64,000 nucleotides of DNA, from NCBI GenBank assembly GCA_919902995.1, contig CAKKSD010000008.1:10922-74921 (forward strand). The letters run 5' to 3'. Position numbers and translations under genes: made by a program. Shown here in pieces: positions 1 to 8,221 of the stretch. The stretch is from Thermodesulfovibrionia bacterium (lineage in GTDB: Bacteria > Nitrospirota > Thermodesulfovibrionia > JACRGW01). Under the pieces are notes generated by a model. That model saw nothing but the letters and a program-made list of their open reading frames with translations. It was not told the origin of the DNA and did no database searches. The first letter of the stretch is position 1, and every line of letters starts with the position of its first letter.

Positions 1-510
1 TCCCCTGAAGATGATAATCCTGTTATTGGAACGGTTTTTTACTACATAAAATTCCTTCAGGTTGCTCAGGAAATTATCAAAGACATCGGACTTCTTATAC
101 CCAATGATAACCTTCCAGGCGGAATGCGTCTCTGACGCTAATTCATAATAATAAAAGATAATCTCTTTTTCTGTCTCAGGGCATATAAAATATATTCCTG
201 ATGATAATCTTTTTTCTTCATCATCTGCTATTATGCGTACAGGTAGTTCATCCTGTGAATTAATCCCTATACCCTTTTTAGTAAATTGTATTTCCCCCGA
301 CAAAAGATAATCTTCAAGATATGTAAAAAGTTCTTCATCCTTACTCTCTGCAATAAAATGAAAATCCGATGGATTTCTCTTAAACTTATTTTTAAGAATA
401 ATGATAAATCTTTCGAATACCTCTTCTTTGACTAAAAATGACATTGGTTTTCCACCTCTTTCATATATAGGTCTTAATAATAACTCTCTCATTCTTTTTA
501 CCTCATCCAT
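1..510 (-). CDS. hypothetical protein, 3' end truncated by window edge
   Basis: Minus-strand ORF with ATG at 508-510 (MDEVKRMRELLLRPIYERGG...) that stays open to position 1. No family recognised. Confidence 0.35.
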   Translation of the reverse strand, partial: MDEVKRMRELLLRPIYERGGKPMSFLVKEEVFERFIIILKNKFKRNPSDFHFIAESKDEELFTYLEDYLLSGEIQFTKKGIGINSQDELPVRIIADDEEKRLSSGIYFICPETEKEIIFYYYELASETHSAWKVIIGYKKSDVFDNFLSNLKEFYVVKNRSNNRIIIFRG

Positions 511-877
511 TCTTTTTCATCAAATATTTTAACATGAGGTTATGACAGCAGGGTGTCAGTGGGGATTAAATAATAAAACCATAGGAAATCATCCAGTCCT
601 TGACAAAATCATTCATATCATTCATGTTCATATAATTGGCATGATGAAGAATATCAGCGATTAAGGAGTGTATAAGGGTACATAAGAATCAAGGATCCTG
701 CGGACAGGACACTCCTCTTTTTAAAGGGGATTCTTCAGGGTCTCCCCTCTATCAAGAGGGGATTAAGGGGTGTGTCTATAAGGGTATCCTGATTTTAGAA
801 GTGCAAAATTCCTTGTACCTTATTTTATGCGGAGGGAATCTAAGAGATTAGATTATTTTGGATAGTAATGAAATGCA

Positions 878-1117
878 TTATTTCAAGATATTTTCTATTT
901 CTTCATCGGTAAATCCAAATTGCCTGAAAATTCTGAGGACATATGCAGGCGAAAGCTCTTTTTCTCCCATATCTATAGGCACAACCCTCTTTTTACCCTA
1001 AAGATATCTCATATACAAACGATGGTCTCCTTTCCCTTCCCTATAAAAACTGCAATCTCCATTTTCTAAAATACGAATCAGCTCTTTTGGCTTAAGAGAA
1101 AGAATATTTTTAGGCAT
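878..1117 (-). pseudogene. hicA: HicA-family mRNA interferase toxin with in-frame amber stop
   Basis: Minus-strand translation MPKNILSLKPKELIRILENGDCSFYREGKGDHRLYMRYL*GKKRVVPIDMGEKELSPAYVLRIFRQFGFTDEEIENILK matches the HicA/YcfA pattern (KxxELIxxLExxG...GSHRxY...VPxH). TAG falls at plus-strand 998-1000. Confidence 0.55.
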
Positions 1118-1378
1118 GCACTGCCCTTAACTCATAGGTTTCCTTTGTGGGTTCTTTTTCTTCTACCGCTAAGAATTCATGAAGTTCTTTTATTGATATG
1201 GGAGCGCTATAAATATCACCTTCAGCTACATAAACATTTTCAATAGATTCAATTGCCTCTTTAAGTTTGTCTATAGCATCTTCCTTTGAAGCTCCCTAGC
1301 CTACCAATCCATTTTCCAAACATAAAGCTACCCAGTAAGTTCTACTTTTTCTTAACACAACAGTATAAAATTCCATCT
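1110..1378 (-). pseudogene. hicB: HicB-family antitoxin with in-frame amber stop
   Basis: Minus-strand translation MEFYTVVLRKSRTYWVALCLENGLVG*GASKEDAIDKLKEAIESIENVYVAEGDIY... matches the HicB N-terminal fold. TAG falls at plus 1298-1300. Its stop overlaps the hicA ATG, and an SD aggaggtag precedes the start. Confidence 0.5.
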
Positions 1379-1612
1379 CTACCTCCTATGCCTTCAAATA
1401 ACCTTCTTAAAAGAGAAACTGTAATATTACTATAATTTATAGCAATATTGAATTATAGATTAATATATGAGGATTGTAAAGATGTATTATGTAAGATGAT
1501 CCAATATCTTTATCGTATTCCTCTCAATATCTTTAAGCAGTCTGCAAAAACGACATGAAATGGGTCAAGTGGCTCGGTGATATCTAAATCTTAACAAATG
1601 GCTCTCCAAACA

Positions 1613-2128
1613 TCATGATTGGTTCTTTGCATCCGAGAGAACCTTTAGCCTCTTATGCATTATTATTTCTATGATTTCCTCGATTGCAGTTCGATCCTTG
1701 AGATCGAAATGGGAGACTTTCTTATTTATAATTTTTGGTACAGGCAGGTCTTTATTATTATCAACAATAAGGCATGGTGTATCGTCATCGGTCTCCCTGC
1801 AGAAACGGATATATTCATACCAGTAATTTTCACCCACGAGGTTTCTATCAATAACAGAGATGAAAAATGGAAGGGCGATTATATCCGGTGATGAAGGCTC
1901 ACCCCAGCAGACCTCGCAATTCAACCTCGTGGCTAATTCCCCAATCCTTGTTTCAAGATCCTTGTTTTCGAACATGCAGAAGATCGTCTTCATCCATGCC
2001 TTTTCCTTAAATTCACCGACTTCCATCCTATTTTCCCCTTCTCTAAAAGCAAGAAAAGATCCAGGATTGATTCCCATCGAAACCCCAGCCCCAATAAATC
2101 CCCTTAAAAAATCCCTCCTTTTAAGCAT
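1613..2128 (-). CDS. Tat-signal (RRDFLRG) exported protein of unknown function
   Basis: ORF track gives 171 aa. The N-terminal twin-arginine motif MLKRRDFLRGFIGAG is seen directly. The conserved island promoter/operator lies upstream at 2176-2193. Confidence 0.5.
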   Translation of the reverse strand: MLKRRDFLRGFIGAGVSMGINPGSFLAFREGENRMEVGEFKEKAWMKTIFCMFENKDLETRIGELATRLNCEVCWGEPSSPDIIALPFFISVIDRNLVGENYWYEYIRFCRETDDDTPCLIVDNNKDLPVPKIINKKVSHFDLKDRTAIEEIIEIIMHKRLKVLSDAKNQS

Positions 2129-2175
2129 AGCCCCTCCTTTTTATAAGATTTATAATTCATATTTATCATATTCCC

Positions 2176-2193
2176 CTGACAGCATTATGGCAG
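2176..2193. promoter_or_regulatory. 18-bp inverted-repeat operator-like motif CTGACAGCATTATGGCAG (copy A)
   Basis: Near-palindrome CTGACA-N6-TGNCAG. The flanking promoter region of about 75 bp is conserved with copy D. It lies upstream of minus-strand gene 1613..2128. Confidence 0.5.
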
Positions 2194-2290
2194 TATAAAG
2201 AATAATTTTCCGATAAAATATTTTTTATGGATGAATGCCAAGATAACTGGTTATTAGCTGCCTCAGATTAAAAAGAAAGACCTGACTCTC
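2176..2290. repeat. ~110-nt intergenic repeat family, copy 1 (starts with the operator motif)
   Basis: Shares ...gataactggtNattagctgNNNNagaNtaaaaagNaagNcc... with 3751-3850 and 4681-4790. Confidence 0.5.
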
Positions 2291-2456
2291 TTTGCCCTAG
2301 GAAGTCGAGGATTTTCAGATATAAGACTGGGGAATGAAGTTTGATGAGTAATACAGTAATAATCTCAGAGAAATAGGTTTTCGTACAAAAACTGCTTGAC
2401 AACAAACAAGAATCGTTGTACTTTGTAGTTATATAACTACAAAAATGGAGGATTAG

Positions 2457-2741
2457 ATGATAAAGGTAGGATTAAGAGAAGTAAACATCCATTTTTCAAA
2501 ATACATGAAAATGGTTAAAAAGGGCAGTGAGATTGTTTTGACTGATAGAGGATCACCTATCGCAGTTATTAAGCCTCTTGCTCAGAAGGAGGGTTCTCCT
2601 GAAGATAGAATCAAACTTCTGGAGGAGCAGGGTATTCTTCAAAAGGCAGTTAAGGTTAAGATTCCTATGCACAGGTTAATTAGTATTTCTGGAAAACCTG
2701 TTTCTAAGATTGTTATTGAAGGAAGGGAAAACAGGATTTAA
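2457..2741 (+). CDS. Phd/YefM-family type II antitoxin
   Basis: 94-aa ORF MIKVGLREVNIHFSKYMKMVKKGSEIVLTDRGSPIAVIKPL shows the typical Phd/YefM N-terminus. Stop overlaps the start of the downstream PIN gene (ATGA). Confidence 0.6.
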   Translation: MIKVGLREVNIHFSKYMKMVKKGSEIVLTDRGSPIAVIKPLAQKEGSPEDRIKLLEEQGILQKAVKVKIPMHRLISISGKPVSKIVIEGRENRI

Positions 2742-3178
2742 TGAAAGTCCCGTGGGGTTACTTCGATACCAGCACATATATAAAGCTCTATATCAAAGAG
2801 AATGGTTCTGAAGAGGCAAGAGAATCGGCAAGAAAAAATCGTATTCTTTCATCAGCTATACTACCAATAGAATGCTTTTCTGCTCTTTCATTGAAAAGGG
2901 ATATGGGTGATATTGTTAACGGTGAAATTGTAAAGCTGGCAACTATTATAAGAGAAGGCTTATCTTATGTTGAGCTTGTCAGGGTAACAGATGAGGTCTT
3001 AAAGAAGGCAGAGGAAATCTCTCTACTTGCTTCGGCAAGAGCCCTGGATGCCATTCACATAGCTTCGGCTTTGATCTTCAATGAGGCAACTGGGATAGAA
3101 TCTACTTTTATTACATCGGACAGTAAACAACTAAAGGTTGCTAATCATTTTGGCATGAAGACTTTATTTATCGGTTGA
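2741..3178 (+). CDS. vapC: PIN-domain ribonuclease toxin (VapC-like)
   Basis: 145 aa. YFDTS acidic motif near the N-terminus, further conserved Asp residues, and translational coupling to the antitoxin. Confidence 0.6.
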   Translation: MKVPWGYFDTSTYIKLYIKENGSEEARESARKNRILSSAILPIECFSALSLKRDMGDIVNGEIVKLATIIREGLSYVELVRVTDEVLKKAEEISLLASARALDAIHIASALIFNEATGIESTFITSDSKQLKVANHFGMKTLFIG

Positions 3179-3253
3179 TTATTTAAAAATAAATGCGGAT
3201 AAAAGTAGTAATAATTTAACAGGACATAGTCCAATTACCTTAGTGAAAATGTT

Positions 3254-3691
3254 TTAAAGTTGTCTGAGCCACGATCTCAATTCCTCAATATATTTCTCGG
3301 GTAGCCCCTGTTTTTCTGCGGCAGAAATAATCCTTTCCATATAACCATCCCAGGGAGAACCGATATCAGAATCTCCGGCAATATAGATTAATACTGAGGA
3401 TAACTTTCCATCCTGGGCCTCTATATCAACATAATCTTTCCTGTATGTCCCCCATCTAACGCCTTCATAAACATCCAGCGATTCCTCATCCCTTTTTGAA
3501 ATATTCCAGAGGATACCATAGACCACACCCGATGTATCTGGAACAACTGTGGCAACTCCATGTGTGTTAATAATAAATCGGTAACCCCGAAGGGTTGCCA
3601 TACTAACAGAAACTGCATCAGGACACCTTTCCCTTATCTGTCTATTGTCCATGTTCGAACCATATGCAAAATAGTACCTCTTACCAGACAT
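3254..3691 (-). CDS. gamma-glutamyl cyclotransferase (GGCT/AIG2-like) family protein
   Basis: YFAYGSNM motif at the predicted N-terminus (MSGKRYYFAYGSNMD...). The track ORF extends further upstream, but the internal ATG at 3689-3691 fits the family. Operator copy B lies upstream. Confidence 0.55.
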   Translation of the reverse strand: MSGKRYYFAYGSNMDNRQIRERCPDAVSVSMATLRGYRFIINTHGVATVVPDTSGVVYGILWNISKRDEESLDVYEGVRWGTYRKDYVDIEAQDGKLSSVLIYIAGDSDIGSPWDGYMERIISAAEKQGLPEKYIEELRSWLRQL

Positions 3692-3750
3692 GTTTATTCT
3701 CCACTCTACAATTATTTGCAAAACATTTAGTTCAACATTAACATATCCCC

Positions 3751-3768
3751 CTGCCAGCATTATGTCAG
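3751..3768. promoter_or_regulatory. operator-like inverted repeat CTGCCAGCATTATGTCAG (copy B)
   Basis: Same motif as copies A, D, E and F. Upstream of the GGCT-like gene and divergent from brnTA. Confidence 0.5.
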
Positions 3769-3850
3769 TTTGAAATGGATATTTCTGATTTACGAATGGA
3801 TACTGCCGGGATAACTGGTGATTAGCTGTATTGGACTAAAAAGCAAGGCC
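3751..3850. repeat. ~110-nt intergenic repeat family, copy 2
   Basis: High identity to 4681-4790 (ttacgaatggatactgccggg[a/c]taactggtgattagctgt...). Confidence 0.55.
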
Positions 3851-3993
3851 TAACCATAGCCCCTTGCCCTTGTCTCTGGAAGGATCTGCGAAGGGTTTTC
3901 CACATTGATATTGCCTTCTCATTAAAATAAAAGTATAATTGAATACGACTTTGTTTTAAGAAGGAAACAAAAAGTTTGCCATAGTATGTTTAA

Positions 3994-4302
3994 TACAAAG
4001 GGAGCATTCAACTGCCAATCATAATTGATGATATAATATGGCTGGATACAATAGTTGAAAAGATTGCATGGAAACATGGTGTGCTTCGGCACGAGGTAGA
4101 AGAAGTATTAACAGGCAATTGCAGGATATTCAAAAGAGAAAGCGGCAATATTGAAGGAGAAAATCTGTACAATGCCCTTGGCAGGGCTGAAAGCGGCAGG
4201 TATCTTTCAGTATTTTTTATCAGAAAGCTTAATAACAAGGCCCTAATTATAACTGCAAGAGATATGAACAAAAGGGAGAGGATAAGATATGAAAAAAAGT
4301 AG
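3994..4302 (+). CDS. brnT: BrnT-family ribonuclease toxin (DUF497); start codon unclear
   Basis: Open frame from 3994 encodes ...IAWKHGVLRHEVEEVLTGNCRIFKRESGNIEGENLYNALGRAESGRYLSVFFIRKLNNKALIITARDMNKRERIRYEKK, matching the BrnT core (KHGV...ITARxxxxxERxxYE). There is no in-frame ATG upstream of the conserved N-terminus. The track uses GTG at 4081. Confidence 0.5.
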   Translation, partial: YKGSIQLPIIIDDIIWLDTIVEKIAWKHGVLRHEVEEVLTGNCRIFKRESGNIEGENLYNALGRAESGRYLSVFFIRKLNNKALIITARDMNKRERIRYEKK

Positions 4303-4528
4303 GCGCAGAGAGATGACAATAACAGAGGCGAGCGACTATTTTGACGAGCACGATATTTTTGAGTTTAAAGATGTAAAAGAGGTCGCAGACATTAAATTCA
4401 GGCTGCAGAAAAAGAAATATGTGGGGCTTGATATGGAGCTTTTTAAGAAAATCAGAAGCAAGGCGAAAAAGCTCCATAAGAGCGAAGATATTCTTATTAA
4501 AGAATGGCTGATGGAGAAGGTAGGATAA
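4289..4528 (+). CDS. brnA: BrnA-family antitoxin
   Basis: 79 aa, overlaps the brnT 3' end. MTITEASDYFDEHDIFEF... is typical of BrnA (ribbon-helix-helix-like). Confidence 0.5.
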   Translation: MKKSRRREMTITEASDYFDEHDIFEFKDVKEVADIKFRLQKKKYVGLDMELFKKIRSKAKKLHKSEDILIKEWLMEKVG

Positions 4529-4680
4529 AAAACCTTATTTCCCCTGGAGCTAACCTTATCATTGGTGTAGGCTGGCCCCGCTGCTTTCCAATCCTGTTCC
4601 AATCTTTGTTAAGTCCTATAAAAAGAACACATGGATCCCTTCAATATATGAAATCAGGACAAAGGGAAGGGAATTAAAAA

Positions 4681-4790
4681 CTGCATTATGTCGGTTTGAA
4701 AATGGAGGGTTTAGATTTACGAATGGATACTGCCGGGCTAACTGGTGATTAGCTGTCTTAGACTAAAAAGCAAGACTTGACACTCCCAGC
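4681..4790. repeat. ~110-nt intergenic repeat family, copy 3 (carries only a half operator GCATTATGTCGG)
   Basis: Sequence identity with 3751-3850. Lies between brnA and the 3' end of the 68-aa gene. Confidence 0.5.
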
Positions 4791-4812
4791 TCTCGGTACT
4801 AATAATTATTGT

Positions 4813-5019
4813 CTAATTCAAAATGTATTTATTAAATTCTTCTATTGAATAATTGCCGCATTTATTGCTTCTCGCTTTAAAACAAGTTATTTCTCCTTTA
4901 TCAAAGAAGAATATATCATCGAAATCTGATTCCAAATTTTTATTTGGTTTTTTTAATGAGGATAGACTTTTATTATCACCATCAAAATCGCCTGCATTTA
5001 AGATTAATATTCTTTTCAT
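4813..5019 (-). CDS. small hypothetical protein (68 aa)
   Basis: The ORF is preceded by the same conserved promoter/operator region as gene 1613..2128 (copy D), which supports it being a real gene. Confidence 0.35.
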   Translation of the reverse strand: MKRILILNAGDFDGDNKSLSSLKKPNKNLESDFDDIFFFDKGEITCFKARSNKCGNYSIEEFNKYILN

Positions 5020-5185
5020 TTCAACCTCCTCTTTTATTGTTGTAAACAGCAGAGCCTAATAGCGAAAAGCATCAGGTCTTGAATTGTGAATCAAGCTGCC
5101 TCCTTTTTCAAATGCTAAGATCTGACGCCTCTTTTCTATTCCCTCCCTCTTTTAAAATTTATAACCCATATTTATCATATCTGCC

Positions 5186-5203
5186 CTGACAGCATTATGA
5201 CAG
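5186..5203. promoter_or_regulatory. operator-like inverted repeat CTGACAGCATTATGACAG (copy D)
   Basis: Perfect CTGACAG/CTGTCAG-type palindrome arms. The flank catatttatcatat is shared with copy A. Confidence 0.5.
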
Positions 5204-5360
5204 AGGAAATAATAATTTATTACGACAGGATTCTATTGGAAATAAGGGTGTAATGGATGATATATCTTTTAAAGAGGTTTTTCTCTGAATTGAAAAGACT
5301 GGCGGCAAAGGTTACCAGCACTAACTTTCTTATATTTAAATGCCTTACCATATGCTTCCT

Positions 5361-6674
5361 CTACTTAATGAATTTAATTGGCGTTTCTAAGATGCCTAAG
5401 CCTTCTCTGATTCTCTCCTTGATATCATCGATAAGATTATCCATTGAATCAAGTGCTTTTGCTTTTTCTGCAGGATACTCGTAGCTAAGACCTAATCCCG
5501 GGCAAACATTTATTCTATCCCGATTTGTTTTAAAGATCTGTGTGTCCAGTTCATCGTTCTTAAGAATTATTAGTTTTAATCTATCAAGTTCAGAAAGAAG
5601 TGTTCTAATTTCTTCTTTCCCATACTGATCAATTCTATTAACATTTTCTTTCCAGAAAGAATAGTAATCTTGCATAGATCCTTCAGGTGTTTTAAGCCAA
5701 ACAAGACCTAGTCGAATATGACTAAGATGAAAATTGGGGTCGCATTTCCATCCTTCATTGATAAGATGTTCAATTTTAGAATAATCTATTTTTCTATTGT
5801 AGAAAGACTTTGCTTGGCTTGATGTATCGCCAAAATACAGGCTTAACCAAAGACCTTTGAGTTTATCTTGATCAAAACCAATTTCAATTCCCACTTTTGC
5901 AATATCAGGCAGATCTGATTTGATATAATATGTCCAGCCCTTGTGATAATCCACTAAAGCTTCTTCCGTAGATACGCTCATAAGAATATTTTTTACTCTT
6001 TTTTCTATAAGTTCCCGATTGTTTTTGCAAAGGGTTAAATTATCATAAGGATTTAAGGAGGGAAAGTTTCTATTTATAAAGTCAAGAAAGTCTGAAATAA
6101 TTAACCCTTCTGCGCCTCCTACAGCATCTATCAAAAGTATTTCATTAAGCTTTTTGATTATTTCTTTCCATTCCAGTATGGCTGGGACTTTGACAAGTTG
6201 TGGTGTCGTATCCATATGTTCTTTATGTTCATCGATCCATTTCGACAGATTTGGATTAAGTTGTTCTTTCCACACATTTTCAGATTTAGGCTTGTTTTCA
6301 ATAATTAGAGTTAATTCATCTGAAAAAGATATAATGCCGTCGTATATCGCCCCACGATTAGAATTCTTTATATCGCTACTTATTTCTATTCTTTCATCAG
6401 TGATAAGAACGGATACAAATTGTCGAGCATTCTCTAAATTGCCAGTCTGTGTCCAAAACCTAATATTGGATCCCTTTATTTGAGATGTTTCTGGTATCTC
6501 TACAGAAATATATTCATTTCTCGCTAATCCTAACAAGCTGCTCCTCATGTAATCATAAAAAATAAATAACGCTAAAGGAGAATACCGCAGGACTATCAGA
6601 AAGGCTCGAGTTAATTGGTCTTCATGCCTGGCAATCTTCGAGATATAAGGTTCAAAATAGTTCAAGTAACTCAT
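5361..6674 (-). CDS. hypothetical protein with PD-(D/E)xK-like motif (putative nuclease)
   Basis: 437 aa. The segment ITDERIEISSD...GAIYDGIISFSDELTLIIENKPKS resembles D...(D/E)xK nuclease cores. Flanked by 14-bp direct repeats at 5371-5384 and 6748-6761. Confidence 0.4.
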   Translation of the reverse strand: MSYLNYFEPYISKIARHEDQLTRAFLIVLRYSPLALFIFYDYMRSSLLGLARNEYISVEIPETSQIKGSNIRFWTQTGNLENARQFVSVLITDERIEISSDIKNSNRGAIYDGIISFSDELTLIIENKPKSENVWKEQLNPNLSKWIDEHKEHMDTTPQLVKVPAILEWKEIIKKLNEILLIDAVGGAEGLIISDFLDFINRNFPSLNPYDNLTLCKNNRELIEKRVKNILMSVSTEEALVDYHKGWTYYIKSDLPDIAKVGIEIGFDQDKLKGLWLSLYFGDTSSQAKSFYNRKIDYSKIEHLINEGWKCDPNFHLSHIRLGLVWLKTPEGSMQDYYSFWKENVNRIDQYGKEEIRTLLSELDRLKLIILKNDELDTQIFKTNRDRINVCPGLGLSYEYPAEKAKALDSMDNLIDDIKERIREGLGILETPIKFIK

Positions 6675-6935
6675 GTTTACTCCCTTACCATAAGATTATG
6701 TTTATTAAGTTTCTCAACAAGACAAAGTGATGCTTCTCTATTCAAGTAATTTAATTGGCGTCAAGTCTTCTAATATCGTTTTTCATCTGCCGATTCTTCT
6801 TGATTGTTTTGCTTACTAATATTTTTAGATTTTAAATAATCTGTATTCTCTTTCAAATTATAGCCGAAAAGACTTGTGGATTCAAGTTTTGAGTAGTTTC
6901 AAGGCTATTATAAGACTCGACCTTTTTTAGATTTT

Positions 6936-7175
6936 TTAACCTTTCTCTATCTGTCTTGCCTTATTCCTAACTACCTCCAACGCCTTCTCTATATCCTCGG
7001 CATTTTCTTCTATGTAACTCAAGAAGGCGTTTTCTTCATCGCTTATAGGTTTATTTTCAAGCCTCTCATTAATCTTATTCCGTATGTCATAGGTATTTTC
7101 TTCAATTACATCGAGAAATATCTCTATTTCCTGAAATATATTTCTTGAATCGTTTTTCCTCAAGGTATCTGCCAT
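6936..7175 (-). CDS. small acidic hypothetical protein (79 aa), last gene of the nuclease operon
   Basis: ORF sits 5 nt downstream of the 346-aa gene on the same strand. Confidence 0.35.
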   Translation of the reverse strand: MADTLRKNDSRNIFQEIEIFLDVIEENTYDIRNKINERLENKPISDEENAFLSYIEENAEDIEKALEVVRNKARQIEKG

Positions 7176-7180
7176 ATTTT

Positions 7181-8221
7181 TTATTCCAGCACCTTTTTAA
7201 GCTCTTCAAGAAGGGTATTGGATTCTTCTTTGCTGAGGTAAGGAACCTTTATGGTTCTGTCCCAGAAAAATGATTTCCCTAATATTGATGATACATGGCT
7301 GAAAGGCAAGTACTTTTTGATGCCTTCAATCCTGCTGGGTATAGGTGCAAGAAATCTTACATCGCGGTATTTTTCTTCGTTAGCGTCATTATTCTTTGAT
7401 TGACCAATAACCTCTGCAGCAGCAATAATGCCGATCCATTTATGTGAATAAAATACTTTATCTTTGGGATGCAGATAATCCACATAATATCTGGCGTCTC
7501 CATAGGCAGAAACACGCTTATTCTCCAGCATATTCCAGATGGCATTTTCATCGTAACTTCGGTTTGTATCGAAAAGAACCCCTTTTATATCTCCAGGATT
7601 TCTATGTTTATCATAGGGTAAAGAGAAGAACTCGAAGTAATATTGGCCGGAAATACTGTAAACCCTATAAGGGATAAAATCCATTGAGATTCCCTGATGT
7701 TTCCAGTAATCAATAGCCTCAATCAGTTTTTCATCAGCTGCACTGCCAACAATCCATATATGCTGTTTCTGATTGAACTCATTGGGTAGTAGTTCTCTTT
7801 CGAGTTGAAAGGCTTCCAGATGGGCTTTCTGGAGTTCCTGACCGGTACTCTTCGAATATAACTTGAACTTTTCATTGAGTTCATTAAATGTCCATTGTCC
7901 AGCCTCCTGAGTATAACGAAGAGCCTGCTCAACAGCATTTCCACCAGCCTTAGATAGTTTAAGTTCAAAGATTATCAGATCACCTTTTTTGTTCAATGCA
8001 TATATATCCGCCACAGGTTGACCCCCTCTTTCTCTAAATATCGGCATTAATGGAACCTCTTCAAAAAGGATGTTAAATAAATTGTCTGTCAGTAATTTCT
8101 CTAAGTCCTCTTCTTTTTTCTGAAATACAGAAAAATCATAGAAAGGGATTGCATCTAATGCCTGTGGCAGCCCTTTTTCGATCGCAAACTTATAAAGCAT
8201 TTTAGCTTCCTCCTTCTTCAT
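7181..8221 (-). CDS. hypothetical protein with N-terminal PD-(D/E)xK-like motif
   Basis: 346 aa. PVADIYALNKKGDLIIFELKLSKAGGNAVEQALRY resembles a restriction-endonuclease-like core (D..D/E-L-K). Overlaps the upstream Cas4-like gene. Confidence 0.45.
   Translation of the reverse strand: MKKEEAKMLYKFAIEKGLPQALDAIPFYDFSVFQKKEEDLEKLLTDNLFNILFEEVPLMPIFRERGGQPVADIYALNKKGDLIIFELKLSKAGGNAVEQALRYTQEAGQWTFNELNEKFKLYSKSTGQELQKAHLEAFQLERELLPNEFNQKQHIWIVGSAADEKLIEAIDYWKHQGISMDFIPYRVYSISGQYYFEFFSLPYDKHRNPGDIKGVLFDTNRSYDENAIWNMLENKRVSAYGDARYYVDYLHPKDKVFYSHKWIGIIAAAEVIGQSKNNDANEEKYRDVRFLAPIPSRIEGIKKYLPFSHVSSILGKSFFWDRTIKVPYLSKEESNTLLEELKKVLE

Noticed and set aside
700-790. GC-rich hairpins (ggggattcttcagggtctcccc and cccctctatcaagagggg) between the partial ORF and hicA, as possible terminators or ncRNA.
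   Set aside because: There are no T-runs on either strand and no conservation elsewhere in the window, so evidence is insufficient to call a terminator or RNA gene.
878-1378. Possibility that TAG is a reassigned sense codon, which would explain the amber codons in hicA and hicB.
   Set aside because: TAG terminates genes in this window, for example uvrA ending ...FVHA-TAG at 18721-18723 with the correct protein length. Reassignment is therefore unsupported.
1655-2198. Plus-strand ORFs 1655..1891 and 1860..2198 overlapping the Tat-signal gene.
   Set aside because: They are antisense to a gene with a clear Tat motif and the conserved promoter. Their translations are low complexity.
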